From Spirochaetia bacterium (GTDB lineage: Bacteria > Spirochaetota > Spirochaetia > DSM-27196 > Salinispiraceae), in the NCBI GenBank assembly GCA_038204425.1, contig JBBRCZ010000001.1, positions 64,001 through 128,000 of the forward strand: 64,000 bases of DNA, read 5' to 3'. The position numbers were made by a program, and so were the translations under genes. The notes under the pieces are model-generated. The model made no database searches. It worked only from the letters and a program-made list of their open reading frames with translations, and had not been told where the DNA came from. Positions 47,489 to 56,965 of this stretch are shown here, one piece after another. How positions within the stretch are numbered: the first letter of the stretch is position 1; every line of letters starts with the position of its first letter.

Positions 47489-50278
47489 ATGCACGTCATC
47501 GAACTCGAAAAAACGTTTAATCCAAAAGATTTTGAAGAAAGAATATATGCACTATGGACGAGTCGCGATTGCTTTAAGCCAGAATCAGGCAATCAAGGAC
47601 GTTATTTTTCAGACCCTAGTCAAACTAAATCCAAGGATCCGGATGCCAGTGACAAGCCTTTTGTAATTGTAATTCCGCCACCCAACGTCACAGGTGTTCT
47701 GCACTTAGGACACGGCCTCAACAGTAACTTGCAAGATATTTTGGTTCGTTTTCATCGGATGCTTGGTGAAAAGACGCTCTGGGTACCTGGTACCGACCAT
47801 GCTGGTATAGCCACTCAAAGTGTTGTAGAAAAAAAACTCAGGGCCAAAGGAATTAGAAGGACCGAGATCGGCCGCAAGGCTTTTTTAGAAGAGACATGGA
47901 AGGTCAAAGAAGAGCACCACGGCATCATTTCAGATCAGCTCAAGAAGATTGGCAGTTCCTGCGATTGGAGCCGTGAACGCTTTACCATGGATGAGGGTTT
48001 GTCACAAGCGGTCAAGGAAGTATTCGTTACTCTGTACGAACGCTCATTGATCTACCGCGGCACCTACTTGGTCAATTGGTCAGTTGGCGTGCAATCTGCC
48101 CTATCTGATGATGAAGTCGAGTTTAAAGAAGTCAAAGGTAAGATGTACAAAATTCGCTACCCATTGGCCGATGGAAGTGGCTTTTTACAAATCGCGACCA
48201 CTCGACCAGAGACGCTTTTGGGCGACACTGCCCTTGCGGTTCATCCTGAAGATGATCGTTATAGCCGTCTACATGGCAAAGAAGTCGTCCTTCCCTTGTG
48301 CAATAGGAATATAAAAATTATTGCTGACGGCATGGTCGCCAGAGATTTTGGTACCGGTGTTGTTAAGATTACGCCAGCACATGACTTTAATGACTACCAG
48401 ACTGGCAAGCGGCATAATTTAGAAGAAATTAATATTATGAATCCCGATGGGACAATCGCCGATAGCGCACCAGAAAAATATCGCGGTCTTAAAATGATTG
48501 AGGCTCGCAAAGCGGTGATTGAGGATCTCGAAGCTCTTGGGCTCTTTGATGGGGCCGATGAACACATTCATCAAGTTGGGCACTGTTACCGAACTGATAC
48601 TATTATTGAGCCCTATCTTTCCGAACAGTGGTTCGTGCGCATGCAACCACTGGCACAGAAGGCTCTTAAGGCCTTAGAAGATGGTCAGATTAGGTTCTAT
48701 CCCAAGAGATGGGAAAATACTTACTCACACTGGATGCTAACCATCCGGGACTGGTGTATCAGTCGTCAACTGTGGTGGGGGCACCGTATACCTGTCTGGT
48801 ATGACCTTGATAGTGGTGAAATGATAGTTTCTCGCGGCGATCCAAGCACAGAAGCGCAGTACGCTGGCAGAAGGCTCAAGCAAGATGAAGACGTGCTTGA
48901 CACCTGGTTCTCCAGCTGGCTCTGGCCCTTTAGTGTGATGGGCTGGCCGCAAAATACCAGTGATCTAAAGACCTACTATCCGACAAGCACTTTGGTTACC
49001 GCCTATGACATAATTTTCTTTTGGGTGGCGCGCATGGTTATGGCTGGCCTTGAGTTTACAGGTCAGGTTCCGTTTAAGGACATATACATAACACCCTTAG
49101 TTAGGGACAAACAAGGCCGCAAAATGTCAAAAAGCCTTGGAAATGGCATAGACCCGATTGAGATTGTCGACCAGTTTGGTGCCGATGCTCTCAAGTTCAC
49201 TCTGGCCTTTCTGTCTGCACAAGGGCAAGACATTTTGATGGATAAAGAAAGCTTTGGTATCGGAAGCCGCTTCGCCAACAAGATTTGGAATGCCACTAGG
49301 TATATTTTGATGAACATCGAGGGTCGAACCTATTTATCTTTTAAAAAAATTTTAGCAGGCGACTTTGGTGGACTGAGTGATATCGATCGTTGGATTTTGC
49401 ACCGACTCAATCAAAGTGCGAAAATAGTCAGACAGGCGCTTATTGCCTATCGCTTCAATGATGCTTCAAGCGCTGCCTATGAGTTCTTTTGGAATGATTT
49501 TTGCGATTGGTACATCGAAGCGAGCAAGCTGTCACTCTATCAAGGAGATGACGCTGAAAAAGATCGAGCCTTAACAATTATTCTGCACGTGCTTGAAGAA
49601 AGCCTTAAGCTATTGCATCCTTTTTTACCTTTGCTTAGCGAAGAAATCTACCAGCGACTGCCCCAGAACTCAGATCCAGAGCTTCGGCGTATGTTCAATC
49701 GGCCAGAGGGGCTTTTATTAATCAATCAACCCTATCCGCAATTTAGTGAAAAATTTGAAAATACGAGTATAGTAGCTGGATTTGACACCTTGGCTGAACT
49801 TGTTCGTGGAATAAGAACCTTACGAAGTGAGTTTACGGTAAGTCCAGCCGCTAAAATAGTAGTTGCGGTCAACTTGTCAAGTCTTGCAAGCAATGACACT
49901 GATGGCTTAGAAAGCCAGCGATTTATTCAAAAACAAGCTGCTCTAATTTCCAGTCTAGCTGGCCTAGGCAAGCTAGACTGGTTTGAAGCTGGTAGCTCGG
50001 CACCACGCCCAGGCGCCATAGCGCTTGCAGGCAAAACCTGGGAAGCCTTGGTTTATATCAAGGACAGCATTGATCTTGCGGCCGTTGTTGCGAGACTAGA
50101 AAAGACAATCGAAAAAGAAGAAAAGGCTTTGGTTTCTATGGCCGCTAAACTCTGTAATCCAGGATTTCTAAAAAATGCGGGCGCTGAAGTTATTGACAAG
50201 GAGCGCCAGAAAGTCGCGGATTTGGAAGCTGCAATTGTTAAGATGAAGCACTACGTAACAGAGTTGGTCGACCTGTAG
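47489..50278 (+). CDS. valS: Valine--tRNA ligase
   Basis: PPPNVTGVLHLGH, GTDHAGIATQ, DWCISRQLWWGH, KMSKS, C-terminal coiled-coil arm; GAGGAG RBS. Confidence 0.98.
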   Translation: MHVIELEKTFNPKDFEERIYALWTSRDCFKPESGNQGRYFSDPSQTKSKDPDASDKPFVIVIPPPNVTGVLHLGHGLNSNLQDILVRFHRMLGEKTLWVPGTDHAGIATQSVVEKKLRAKGIRRTEIGRKAFLEETWKVKEEHHGIISDQLKKIGSSCDWSRERFTMDEGLSQAVKEVFVTLYERSLIYRGTYLVNWSVGVQSALSDDEVEFKEVKGKMYKIRYPLADGSGFLQIATTRPETLLGDTALAVHPEDDRYSRLHGKEVVLPLCNRNIKIIADGMVARDFGTGVVKITPAHDFNDYQTGKRHNLEEINIMNPDGTIADSAPEKYRGLKMIEARKAVIEDLEALGLFDGADEHIHQVGHCYRTDTIIEPYLSEQWFVRMQPLAQKALKALEDGQIRFYPKRWENTYSHWMLTIRDWCISRQLWWGHRIPVWYDLDSGEMIVSRGDPSTEAQYAGRRLKQDEDVLDTWFSSWLWPFSVMGWPQNTSDLKTYYPTSTLVTAYDIIFFWVARMVMAGLEFTGQVPFKDIYITPLVRDKQGRKMSKSLGNGIDPIEIVDQFGADALKFTLAFLSAQGQDILMDKESFGIGSRFANKIWNATRYILMNIEGRTYLSFKKILAGDFGGLSDIDRWILHRLNQSAKIVRQALIAYRFNDASSAAYEFFWNDFCDWYIEASKLSLYQGDDAEKDRALTIILHVLEESLKLLHPFLPLLSEEIYQRLPQNSDPELRRMFNRPEGLLLINQPYPQFSEKFENTSIVAGFDTLAELVRGIRTLRSEFTVSPAAKIVVAVNLSSLASNDTDGLESQRFIQKQAALISSLAGLGKLDWFEAGSSAPRPGAIALAGKTWEALVYIKDSIDLAAVVARLEKTIEKEEKALVSMAAKLCNPGFLKNAGAEVIDKERQKVADLEAAIVKMKHYVTELVDL

Positions 50279-50285
50279 TTAAAAA

Positions 50286-50759
50286 TTAGTCGAATTCGGG
50301 CAAGGCTTCGAGCACACGGTACCAAGACACTTGGAGCTGGTACTTGATTCGCGGATCGTAGTTAAACATTTGAGTGAAGCCTTTTGGTTGCTGGCTATTC
50401 TTGCTGTCGCGAACAAAAATTTCACCCCTTACAAGTACTTTAGAACCTTGTTTTTCGTATAGTTCTCCAGTGAATCTGCCCGCAATTGCTAGAGTGCTAA
50501 GGGCAGGGTAACTGTCGCCTTCTTTGGCTTGTGGGCTATTTATCTCTGGGTCGGTAATTGGCCTATCCAAAACTATAACTAAAGTCGCACTACGCGCGCT
50601 TCCGTGTGTTTTTATGGTGCCGCTTAGCTCAAGCGAGGCTGCTCTGACGTTGCTAACGCTCTTACCGCAAGAACCAAGAAGCCCAATCATGAGCATCAAA
50701 GTTCCTGTTACTATTCCAGCGACCATACTAGGGACTAGAACGCGCAACGTGATTTTCAT
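50286..50759 (-). CDS. Hypothetical lipoprotein
   Basis: Hydrophobic signal ending LLGSC; GAGG RBS. Confidence 0.65.
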   Translation of the reverse strand: MKITLRVLVPSMVAGIVTGTLMLMIGLLGSCGKSVSNVRAASLELSGTIKTHGSARSATLVIVLDRPITDPEINSPQAKEGDSYPALSTLAIAGRFTGELYEKQGSKVLVRGEIFVRDSKNSQQPKGFTQMFNYDPRIKYQLQVSWYRVLEALPEFD

Positions 50760-50816
50760 TTAGTAAACACCTCAAAAACAATGTATCGGAAATTGCTATA
50801 GTCGGCGATACTTATT

Positions 50817-50862
50817 TTGCGCTAAGGCAATTGTAAAAGTTTTAGAAACTGCCTTAGCGCAA
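50817..50862. repeat. 13-bp perfect inverted repeat downstream of metY
   Basis: TTGCGCTAAGGCA-N20-TGCCTTAGCGCAA. Confidence 0.8.
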
Positions 50863-50902
50863 GGAACACAAAATTAATTTTACGAGAACCGCACAGCCGA
50901 AT

Positions 50903-52198
50903 CTAAATCGCCGACAAAGCTTGGTCCAGGTCAGCAATTATGTCGTCAATCGATTCTATTCCGACAGACAAACGTACCAAATCGCTAGTGAGTCCTGCCT
51001 CTTTTTGTTGTGCTTCGGTCAGTTGCGAATGGGAAGTAGAAGCGGGATGCAAAGCAAGTGATTTTGCATCGCCAACATTTGCAAGATGTGAAAAAAGCTT
51101 AAGTGAATTAATAAACTTCTTGCCGCCTTCAAAACCAGCTTTGACTCCAAAAACAACCACAGCACCAAAGCCCTTATGGAGATATTTTTTGGCTATTGGA
51201 TTACTTGGATCTTTAGTTAATCCCGGATAGCGTATCCAAGAGACCTTTCCGTGTTTTTCTAAAAACTCAGCTACTTTCTGTGCATTTTCCACATGCCGGG
51301 CCATGCGCAAGGATAGAGTTTCTAGGCCTTGTAAGAATATCCAAGCGTTGTCGGGTGCGAGGCATGCTCCAAGATTGCGCAGAGGTACTGTTCTAAAGCG
51401 AAGTGCAAAAGCGATCTTGGTCAACTCTGGAGGAAGATCAATGGACCATCGCAATCCGTGATAGTTCTTGTCCGGTTGAGTAAAGTGGCTAAATTTAGCC
51501 TTATTCCAGTCAAAAGTCCCGGCATCGGTTACACTGCCGCCTATTCCTGTGCCGTGACCGCCGATCCACTTGGTTAGTGAATTGATGACTATATCTGCAC
51601 CGTGCTCGATACTCTTGAGCAAATAGGGAGTAGTAAAGGTTGCATCGACAACCAAAGGAAGTTCATGTTTGTGGGCGATATCGGCAATCTTTTTGATATC
51701 GGCGACATCGAGTACTGGATTGCCGATAGCCTCGATATACACTAGGCGAGTTTTTTCATTGATTGCCTTTTCAAAACTAGACAGGTCAAGAATGTTCGCA
51801 AAACGGGTCTGTATACCTAAATCTGGAAGTATTGCTTCAAACATAGTGTAGGTGCCGCCATAAAGGTTGCTTGCTGACACTATTTCGTCGCCGGCTTTAG
51901 CTATTGTTACTATGGCGTTAAATATTGCCGCTGTACCGGAAGCTACAACGACTGAAGCAGCGCCGCCTTCAAGTGCAGTTATTCTAGACTCCAAGGCCTC
52001 GTTTGTAGGATTGGTCAGCCGGCTGTAGATATTGCCAAACTCTTTGAGTGCGAAGAGATTAGCAGCGTGGTCTACGTCTTTAAATACAAAGGCAGTGGTT
52101 CTTTCAATAGCAACACCACGTGACAGTGTGTGTGGATTTACCGTTTGTCCGGCGTGGACGCTAGTTGTTTCAAAGCCATTTTTTTTTGCTTCAGGCAT
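50903..52198 (-). CDS. metY: O-acetylhomoserine/O-acetylserine sulfhydrylase
   Basis: GNIYSRLTNPT, LYGGT, SLTKWIGGHG (PLP lysine), LANVGDAKSL.LHPASTSHSQL; start MPEAKK after GGAGG. Confidence 0.94.
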   Translation of the reverse strand: MPEAKKNGFETTSVHAGQTVNPHTLSRGVAIERTTAFVFKDVDHAANLFALKEFGNIYSRLTNPTNEALESRITALEGGAASVVVASGTAAIFNAIVTIAKAGDEIVSASNLYGGTYTMFEAILPDLGIQTRFANILDLSSFEKAINEKTRLVYIEAIGNPVLDVADIKKIADIAHKHELPLVVDATFTTPYLLKSIEHGADIVINSLTKWIGGHGTGIGGSVTDAGTFDWNKAKFSHFTQPDKNYHGLRWSIDLPPELTKIAFALRFRTVPLRNLGACLAPDNAWIFLQGLETLSLRMARHVENAQKVAEFLEKHGKVSWIRYPGLTKDPSNPIAKKYLHKGFGAVVVFGVKAGFEGGKKFINSLKLFSHLANVGDAKSLALHPASTSHSQLTEAQQKEAGLTSDLVRLSVGIESIDDIIADLDQALSAI

Positions 52199-52224
52199 TT
52201 TCTTATTCCCTCCATTAAAAATTA

Positions 52225-52271
52225 AGTCAATTGACATAATTGACTATAGGCTTTGTAATTTTACTTGTCAA
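52225..52271 (-). promoter_or_regulatory. metY sigma70 promoter with an overlapping palindromic operator
   Basis: TTGACA-N17-TATAGT; AGTCAATT-N5-AATTGACT at 52225-52245 overlaps the -10 element and start site. Confidence 0.75.
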
Positions 52272-52299
52272 GCACCCGCTTTGTACCGACAATCTTTTT

Positions 52300-52506
52300 A
52301 TGAGTATTTCATGGAATCGTAAAAACTACGCACTGCATGAACAGACTGATTCGCAGACCGCAGATTTTTGGTCCAATAGTCTTCCACCAAGTCCATTGGA
52401 CCAAGCGGTAGAATGTCTGCGGCGTCAGCTATTTAGGGCAGGTTTTACCCAAGAGCGTCAGCAAAGTGTTGCGGATCAACTAAACAGAACCAATCGAACC
52501 GGTTGA
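52300..52506 (+). CDS. Small hypothetical protein (68 aa)
   Basis: ORF filling the gap between metY and clpB; no recognised motif and no clear RBS. Confidence 0.35.
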   Translation: MSISWNRKNYALHEQTDSQTADFWSNSLPPSPLDQAVECLRRQLFRAGFTQERQQSVADQLNRTNRTG

Positions 52507-52666
52507 GTTTAAGTCCAATCAGAACTGCTTGCCGGATTGCATAGATCTCACTATTTTGTAGCTATAAGATTATTTTTTTATTCAATTTCCCTGCATCGAC
52601 TAGCCTTAGTCGATTGCCCAGCATTAATACAGGTGAATAGTTCTCAAAAAAAAGGGGGGGGGTGCC

Positions 52667-55291
52667 ATGGACTACGAGAAATTTACAACTAAAGCACAAG
52701 TTGCTATACAAGAAGCCGGGTCTCTAGCTCTAAAGTATAGTCACTCATTGGTGGAAACCGAACATTTGCTGCTAGCGCTGCTTTTACAGAACGATGGAAT
52801 TGTTGCTCCTCTGCTGAGTAATGTGGGTGCCAGTGTAAGCAATATTGAAGAAAAACTGGAGGCGATGTTAGAAGCAAAACCGCGAGTCTACGGCGAGTCA
52901 AGTCAGGTTCAACTTCACACATCCGCGGCTCGTGCCTTGGTAAAGTCAGAAGATGAAATGAAAATGCTTAAAGATAGTTTTATTTCAACCGAACACATGC
53001 TGCTGGCTATTTTGGAGCAGTCACCTTCCGTGCGTCAGCTCTTAGAAAAATCGGGGGTTACGCGAGATAAAATTCTTGGTTCGCTTGCAACTGTCCGCGG
53101 TAATCAAAAAGTGGACGACAAAGATCCAGAAAACAAGTTTCGCGTACTAGAACGATTTACTCGCGACTTAACCGAACTCGCGCGAAAAGAAAAATTGGAT
53201 CCGGTCATTGGTAGAGATGAGGAAATTCGGCGCGTTATGCAAGTCCTCAGTCGAAGAACTAAGAATAATCCGGTTTTGATTGGTGAGCCAGGTGTAGGAA
53301 AAACCGCTGTCGTAGAGGGCTTGGCGCGAAGAATCGTTTCTGGCGATGTACCAGAAAGTCTTAAGAACAAACGAATTCTATCCCTCGACCTCGGTGCTCT
53401 TTTGGCGGGAACCAAATTTCGCGGTGAGTTTGAAGAACGACTAAAAGCAGTCATTTCAGAGATTTTGGCATCAAATGGAAAAATTATTCTTTTTATTGAC
53501 GAGCTGCATACCATTATGGGTGCAGGCGGTGCAGAAGGTGCCATGGATGCCTCCAACCTATTAAAGCCGGCTTTGGCCCGCGGAGAACTGCATACCATTG
53601 GTGCTACCACGTTAGACGAGTATCGCAAGTACATAGAAAAGGATGCGGCTTTTGAACGCCGTTTCCAAGTAGTTATGACCAATGAGCCCTCTGTCGAGAA
53701 TACTATTTCGATACTAAGGGGTCTCAAGGAGCGCTACGAAGTTCATCACGGGGTTAGAATTAAGGATGAGGCCCTGATTGCAGCAGCAGTTTTGTCGGAC
53801 CGTTACATCACAGGGCGCTTCTTGCCTGACAAAGCAATTGACTTGATAGACGAGGCCGCAAGTCGCTTAAAGATGGAAATTGAGAGCCAACCAACAGAAA
53901 TTGACCAACTTGATCGCAAACTTTTGCAGCTAAGTATTGAGCAGCAAGCACTTTCTAGGGAGAAGGATAGTCAAAGTCAGTCTCGTTTGTCCAAGCTCAA
54001 CAAAAATATTAGTGAACTAACTTCTGAACGGGACGCCTTGCGTTTGCAGTGGCATAATGAAAAAAAAGTAATTGATAACATTAGATCTCTAAAAGAGAAA
54101 ATAGAAACCTTAAACAATGACTACAATCGTTTTGCAAGAGACGGAGATTTGGCTCGGGCTTCGGAATTGCGTTATGGGCAAATCCCTCAGGCGCAAACAC
54201 TCCTCGATGCAGCAAGTCTGCGTCTCGGGAGCCTCCAAGAAAATCAGCGTCTATTACAGGAAGAAGTCAACGAAGAAGATGTCGCAGGAGTCGTTGCAGC
54301 TTGGACGGGAATACCTGTCCAAAAAATGCAGCAAAGTGAAATAGCAAAACTGCTCAAGTTAGAAGAAATTTTAGGCAAGCGCGTCAAAGGGCAGCTTGAT
54401 GCTATTCACGCTGTTAGTGACGCTATTAGACGCAACAAGTCAGGTCTTTCGGATCCAAACCGGCCGACTGGAGTCTTTTTGTTTCTTGGACCAACCGGGG
54501 TAGGCAAGACCGAACTTGCAAAAACTCTAGCGTCTTACCTTTTTGATGATGAGGGGGCACTCGCTCGTCTAGACATGTCTGAGTATATGGAGAAACACTC
54601 TGTTTCTAGGTTAATTGGCGCACCGCCTGGATATGTCGGTTATGAACAGGGCGGTCAATTGACCGAACTTGTTAGACGAAAACCATACTCAGTTGTCTTG
54701 TTTGACGAAATAGAGAAGGCTCACAGTGATGTTTTTAATATAATGCTTCAGGTCTTTGATGACGGCAGATTGACCGATGGACAAGGTCGTATAGTCAACT
54801 TTCGCAATACTATTATCATCATGACTTCTAATCTTGGAAGTGAATCAATTCTCGCAGCAGAACGTCTTGGTGATGTCATGCCCGAGATTTCTCGACAGTT
54901 GAAGAGTCACTTTAAGCCGGAGTTTCTCAATCGCATTGACGAAATTGTAGTTTTTGATCGTCTCGGAAAAGAGCAAGTTTTTGAAATTCTTGGAATCGAA
55001 CTAGCAAAGATTCAAGCACGCTTAGTAGATAGGCAAATCACTCTACGCGTGGAAGATGAAGCCAAACAAGTGCTTGCAGATCTGGGGTACGACCCACTTT
55101 TTGGCGCCCGCCCGTTGAAGCGATGCTTACAAAATCACTTGCAAAATCCTCTTTCTAAGCTATTGATAGCAGAAAAGGCTAGACCAGGTTCAACTATCAT
55201 CGTGGCAGAAAAGTCTCAAAAATCAAAATCAATCAAGAATGGCTTGGGTTTGGATGATGACCTAGTCTTAGACTTTAGTGTCGAGCCGTAG
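52667..55291 (+). CDS. clpB: Chaperone ClpB
   Basis: Clp N domains, two Walker A motifs ([16 protein letters not shown]), long M-domain (ASELRYG), GARPL. Confidence 0.97.
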   Translation: MDYEKFTTKAQVAIQEAGSLALKYSHSLVETEHLLLALLLQNDGIVAPLLSNVGASVSNIEEKLEAMLEAKPRVYGESSQVQLHTSAARALVKSEDEMKMLKDSFISTEHMLLAILEQSPSVRQLLEKSGVTRDKILGSLATVRGNQKVDDKDPENKFRVLERFTRDLTELARKEKLDPVIGRDEEIRRVMQVLSRRTKNNPVLIGEPGVGKTAVVEGLARRIVSGDVPESLKNKRILSLDLGALLAGTKFRGEFEERLKAVISEILASNGKIILFIDELHTIMGAGGAEGAMDASNLLKPALARGELHTIGATTLDEYRKYIEKDAAFERRFQVVMTNEPSVENTISILRGLKERYEVHHGVRIKDEALIAAAVLSDRYITGRFLPDKAIDLIDEAASRLKMEIESQPTEIDQLDRKLLQLSIEQQALSREKDSQSQSRLSKLNKNISELTSERDALRLQWHNEKKVIDNIRSLKEKIETLNNDYNRFARDGDLARASELRYGQIPQAQTLLDAASLRLGSLQENQRLLQEEVNEEDVAGVVAAWTGIPVQKMQQSEIAKLLKLEEILGKRVKGQLDAIHAVSDAIRRNKSGLSDPNRPTGVFLFLGPTGVGKTELAKTLASYLFDDEGALARLDMSEYMEKHSVSRLIGAPPGYVGYEQGGQLTELVRRKPYSVVLFDEIEKAHSDVFNIMLQVFDDGRLTDGQGRIVNFRNTIIIMTSNLGSESILAAERLGDVMPEISRQLKSHFKPEFLNRIDEIVVFDRLGKEQVFEILGIELAKIQARLVDRQITLRVEDEAKQVLADLGYDPLFGARPLKRCLQNHLQNPLSKLLIAEKARPGSTIIVAEKSQKSKSIKNGLGLDDDLVLDFSVEP

Positions 55292-55333
55292 CTATTGCAT
55301 TAACTATCGTTGTGGCCAAACGTGCTCAACGCA

Positions 55334-56890
55334 CTATCTGAACTGACGAGGCTCTATGCCATACTTGCCGACCCTGAGACCCATTTTTCTTTCGGTTAAG
55401 TTGAGCAGCTTTGCTGCCTTTGCCATGTTGCCTTTGGTGCTTTTGAGAGCGTCTTGTAAGAGGTCCCGTTCTAGCTTTTCTAGCGCATCTTCGAGCGTTT
55501 CACCAAGACGTGTGTTGGTACTTTCTGCGCTCTGCAGGCTTGGCGGTAGGTGATGGCTATGGATTACTTCGTCAATAGTCAATAGAACAGCCCGCTCGAT
55601 ACAATTTTCTAACTCTCGCACGTTTCCAGGCCAGTGGTACGCCATAAGTAAGTCTATCGCAGGTGTTGCAATTCTGCGTACAGCTTTGAGATTGCTTTCG
55701 GCGTACTTTTCTACAAAATGGTCGGCTAGTAAAACTATATCACTGCGTCTATCACGAAGTGGTGGAATGTGCACCGGAAAAACATTGAGTCTATAATAGA
55801 GGTCTTCCCTAAAAAGATTTCTGCTCATCAGTTCTTCAAGGTTTCTATTGGTTGCTGTTACAATTCTCACATTTATTCTAATTGTTTCGTTTCCACCTAC
55901 GCGCTCAAATTCCTTTTCTTGAAGGACTCGCAGTAATTTAACTTGAGTTGCGGTAGATAAATCGCCAATTTCATCCAAAAATATAGTACCGCCGTTTGCA
56001 AGTTCAAAGCGCCCTTTGCGCGTAGAAATGGCACTGGTAAACGCGCCTCGTTCGTGCCCAAAAAGTTCACTCTCAATTACACTTTCCGGCAAGGCCGCGC
56101 AGTTGACCTTTATAAAAGGCTTACCAGACCTTAGGCTGTTGTAGTGAATAGCATGGGCTACTAACTCCTTGCCAGTTCCACTTTCGCCCCTAATCAAAAC
56201 TGTGGCATCACTTTTTGAGACCTGCGCTATAAGGTCGTAGACGTCCTGCATGCTTTTTGAATTGCCAATTATGTTGGAAGGTCTAAAACGTTGCTTAAGC
56301 TCGTCTTGTAGGCGGTTGTTTTCTTCTACTAGCAGTTTCTTTTCTTCAAGTACTTGTTGCCTAATCTTGACAGCTTGAGCCAACATAGAACAGATTATTG
56401 AAATGGTTCTGACTTTTTCGTCTAGATCGTCCTTCTTGGCAGATTTAATGTCTAGGCCGAGAGCGCCGATTGTTTCATTGCCAAGTTTAATAGGTACACA
56501 AACAAAGGCCAAGTCATGATCGCTATCGGACCTTCGTGAGCCGGTACGATTAAGGAAGCCCGGGTCATCTCCAATTTTTGGAACAACAATCGCCTGTCCT
56601 GTTTGGACAACTTTACCGGTAATACCTTCGCCCAGCTGGTATCGACCTCGTTCGATTTCTAATTGACTCAGCCCAATGGCTGCTTCGGTTGAGATCTCTC
56701 CAGTCTTTCTTTCAAGCAAAGTTATTGCGCCTCTTTTGGCGCCTAGTCGGTCGGTTATTTCTTGAAGAACTGGACTAATAGTTTGTTTGATATCCATGCT
56801 TTGGTCCAAAATTTGACTAATAGAAAAAAGCAGACTAATATACTCTAATCTTTGATGATACTTGTCAGGTGAGCCAGTAAGTTCTTCCAT
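55334..56890 (-). CDS. NifA-like sigma54 enhancer-binding protein (GAF-AAA+-HTH)
   Basis: GAF domain ([13 protein letters not shown]), [37 protein letters not shown], Fis-type HTH. Confidence 0.93.
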   Translation of the reverse strand: MEELTGSPDKYHQRLEYISLLFSISQILDQSMDIKQTISPVLQEITDRLGAKRGAITLLERKTGEISTEAAIGLSQLEIERGRYQLGEGITGKVVQTGQAIVVPKIGDDPGFLNRTGSRRSDSDHDLAFVCVPIKLGNETIGALGLDIKSAKKDDLDEKVRTISIICSMLAQAVKIRQQVLEEKKLLVEENNRLQDELKQRFRPSNIIGNSKSMQDVYDLIAQVSKSDATVLIRGESGTGKELVAHAIHYNSLRSGKPFIKVNCAALPESVIESELFGHERGAFTSAISTRKGRFELANGGTIFLDEIGDLSTATQVKLLRVLQEKEFERVGGNETIRINVRIVTATNRNLEELMSRNLFREDLYYRLNVFPVHIPPLRDRRSDIVLLADHFVEKYAESNLKAVRRIATPAIDLLMAYHWPGNVRELENCIERAVLLTIDEVIHSHHLPPSLQSAESTNTRLGETLEDALEKLERDLLQDALKSTKGNMAKAAKLLNLTERKMGLRVGKYGIEPRQFR

Positions 56891-56898
56891 AGTCAGCA

Positions 56899-56927
56899 AT
56901 ACTACATTAGTGTAACTAAATATACAA
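56899..56927 (-). promoter_or_regulatory. Promoter of the NifA-like gene overlapped by a TGT-N10-ACA site
   Basis: TTGTAT-N17-TAGTAT; TGTA-N8-TACA at 56911-56926. Confidence 0.55.
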
Positions 56928-56965
56928 GAGGCTACCTATTGGTTGGAAGCCTCTTTCTTGAAGTG

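Noticed and set aside
52268..52292. Sigma28-like TCAA...ACCGACAA upstream of the small ORF at 52300
   Set aside because: Spacer is 13 nt rather than 15, and it overlaps the metY -35 element on the other strand.
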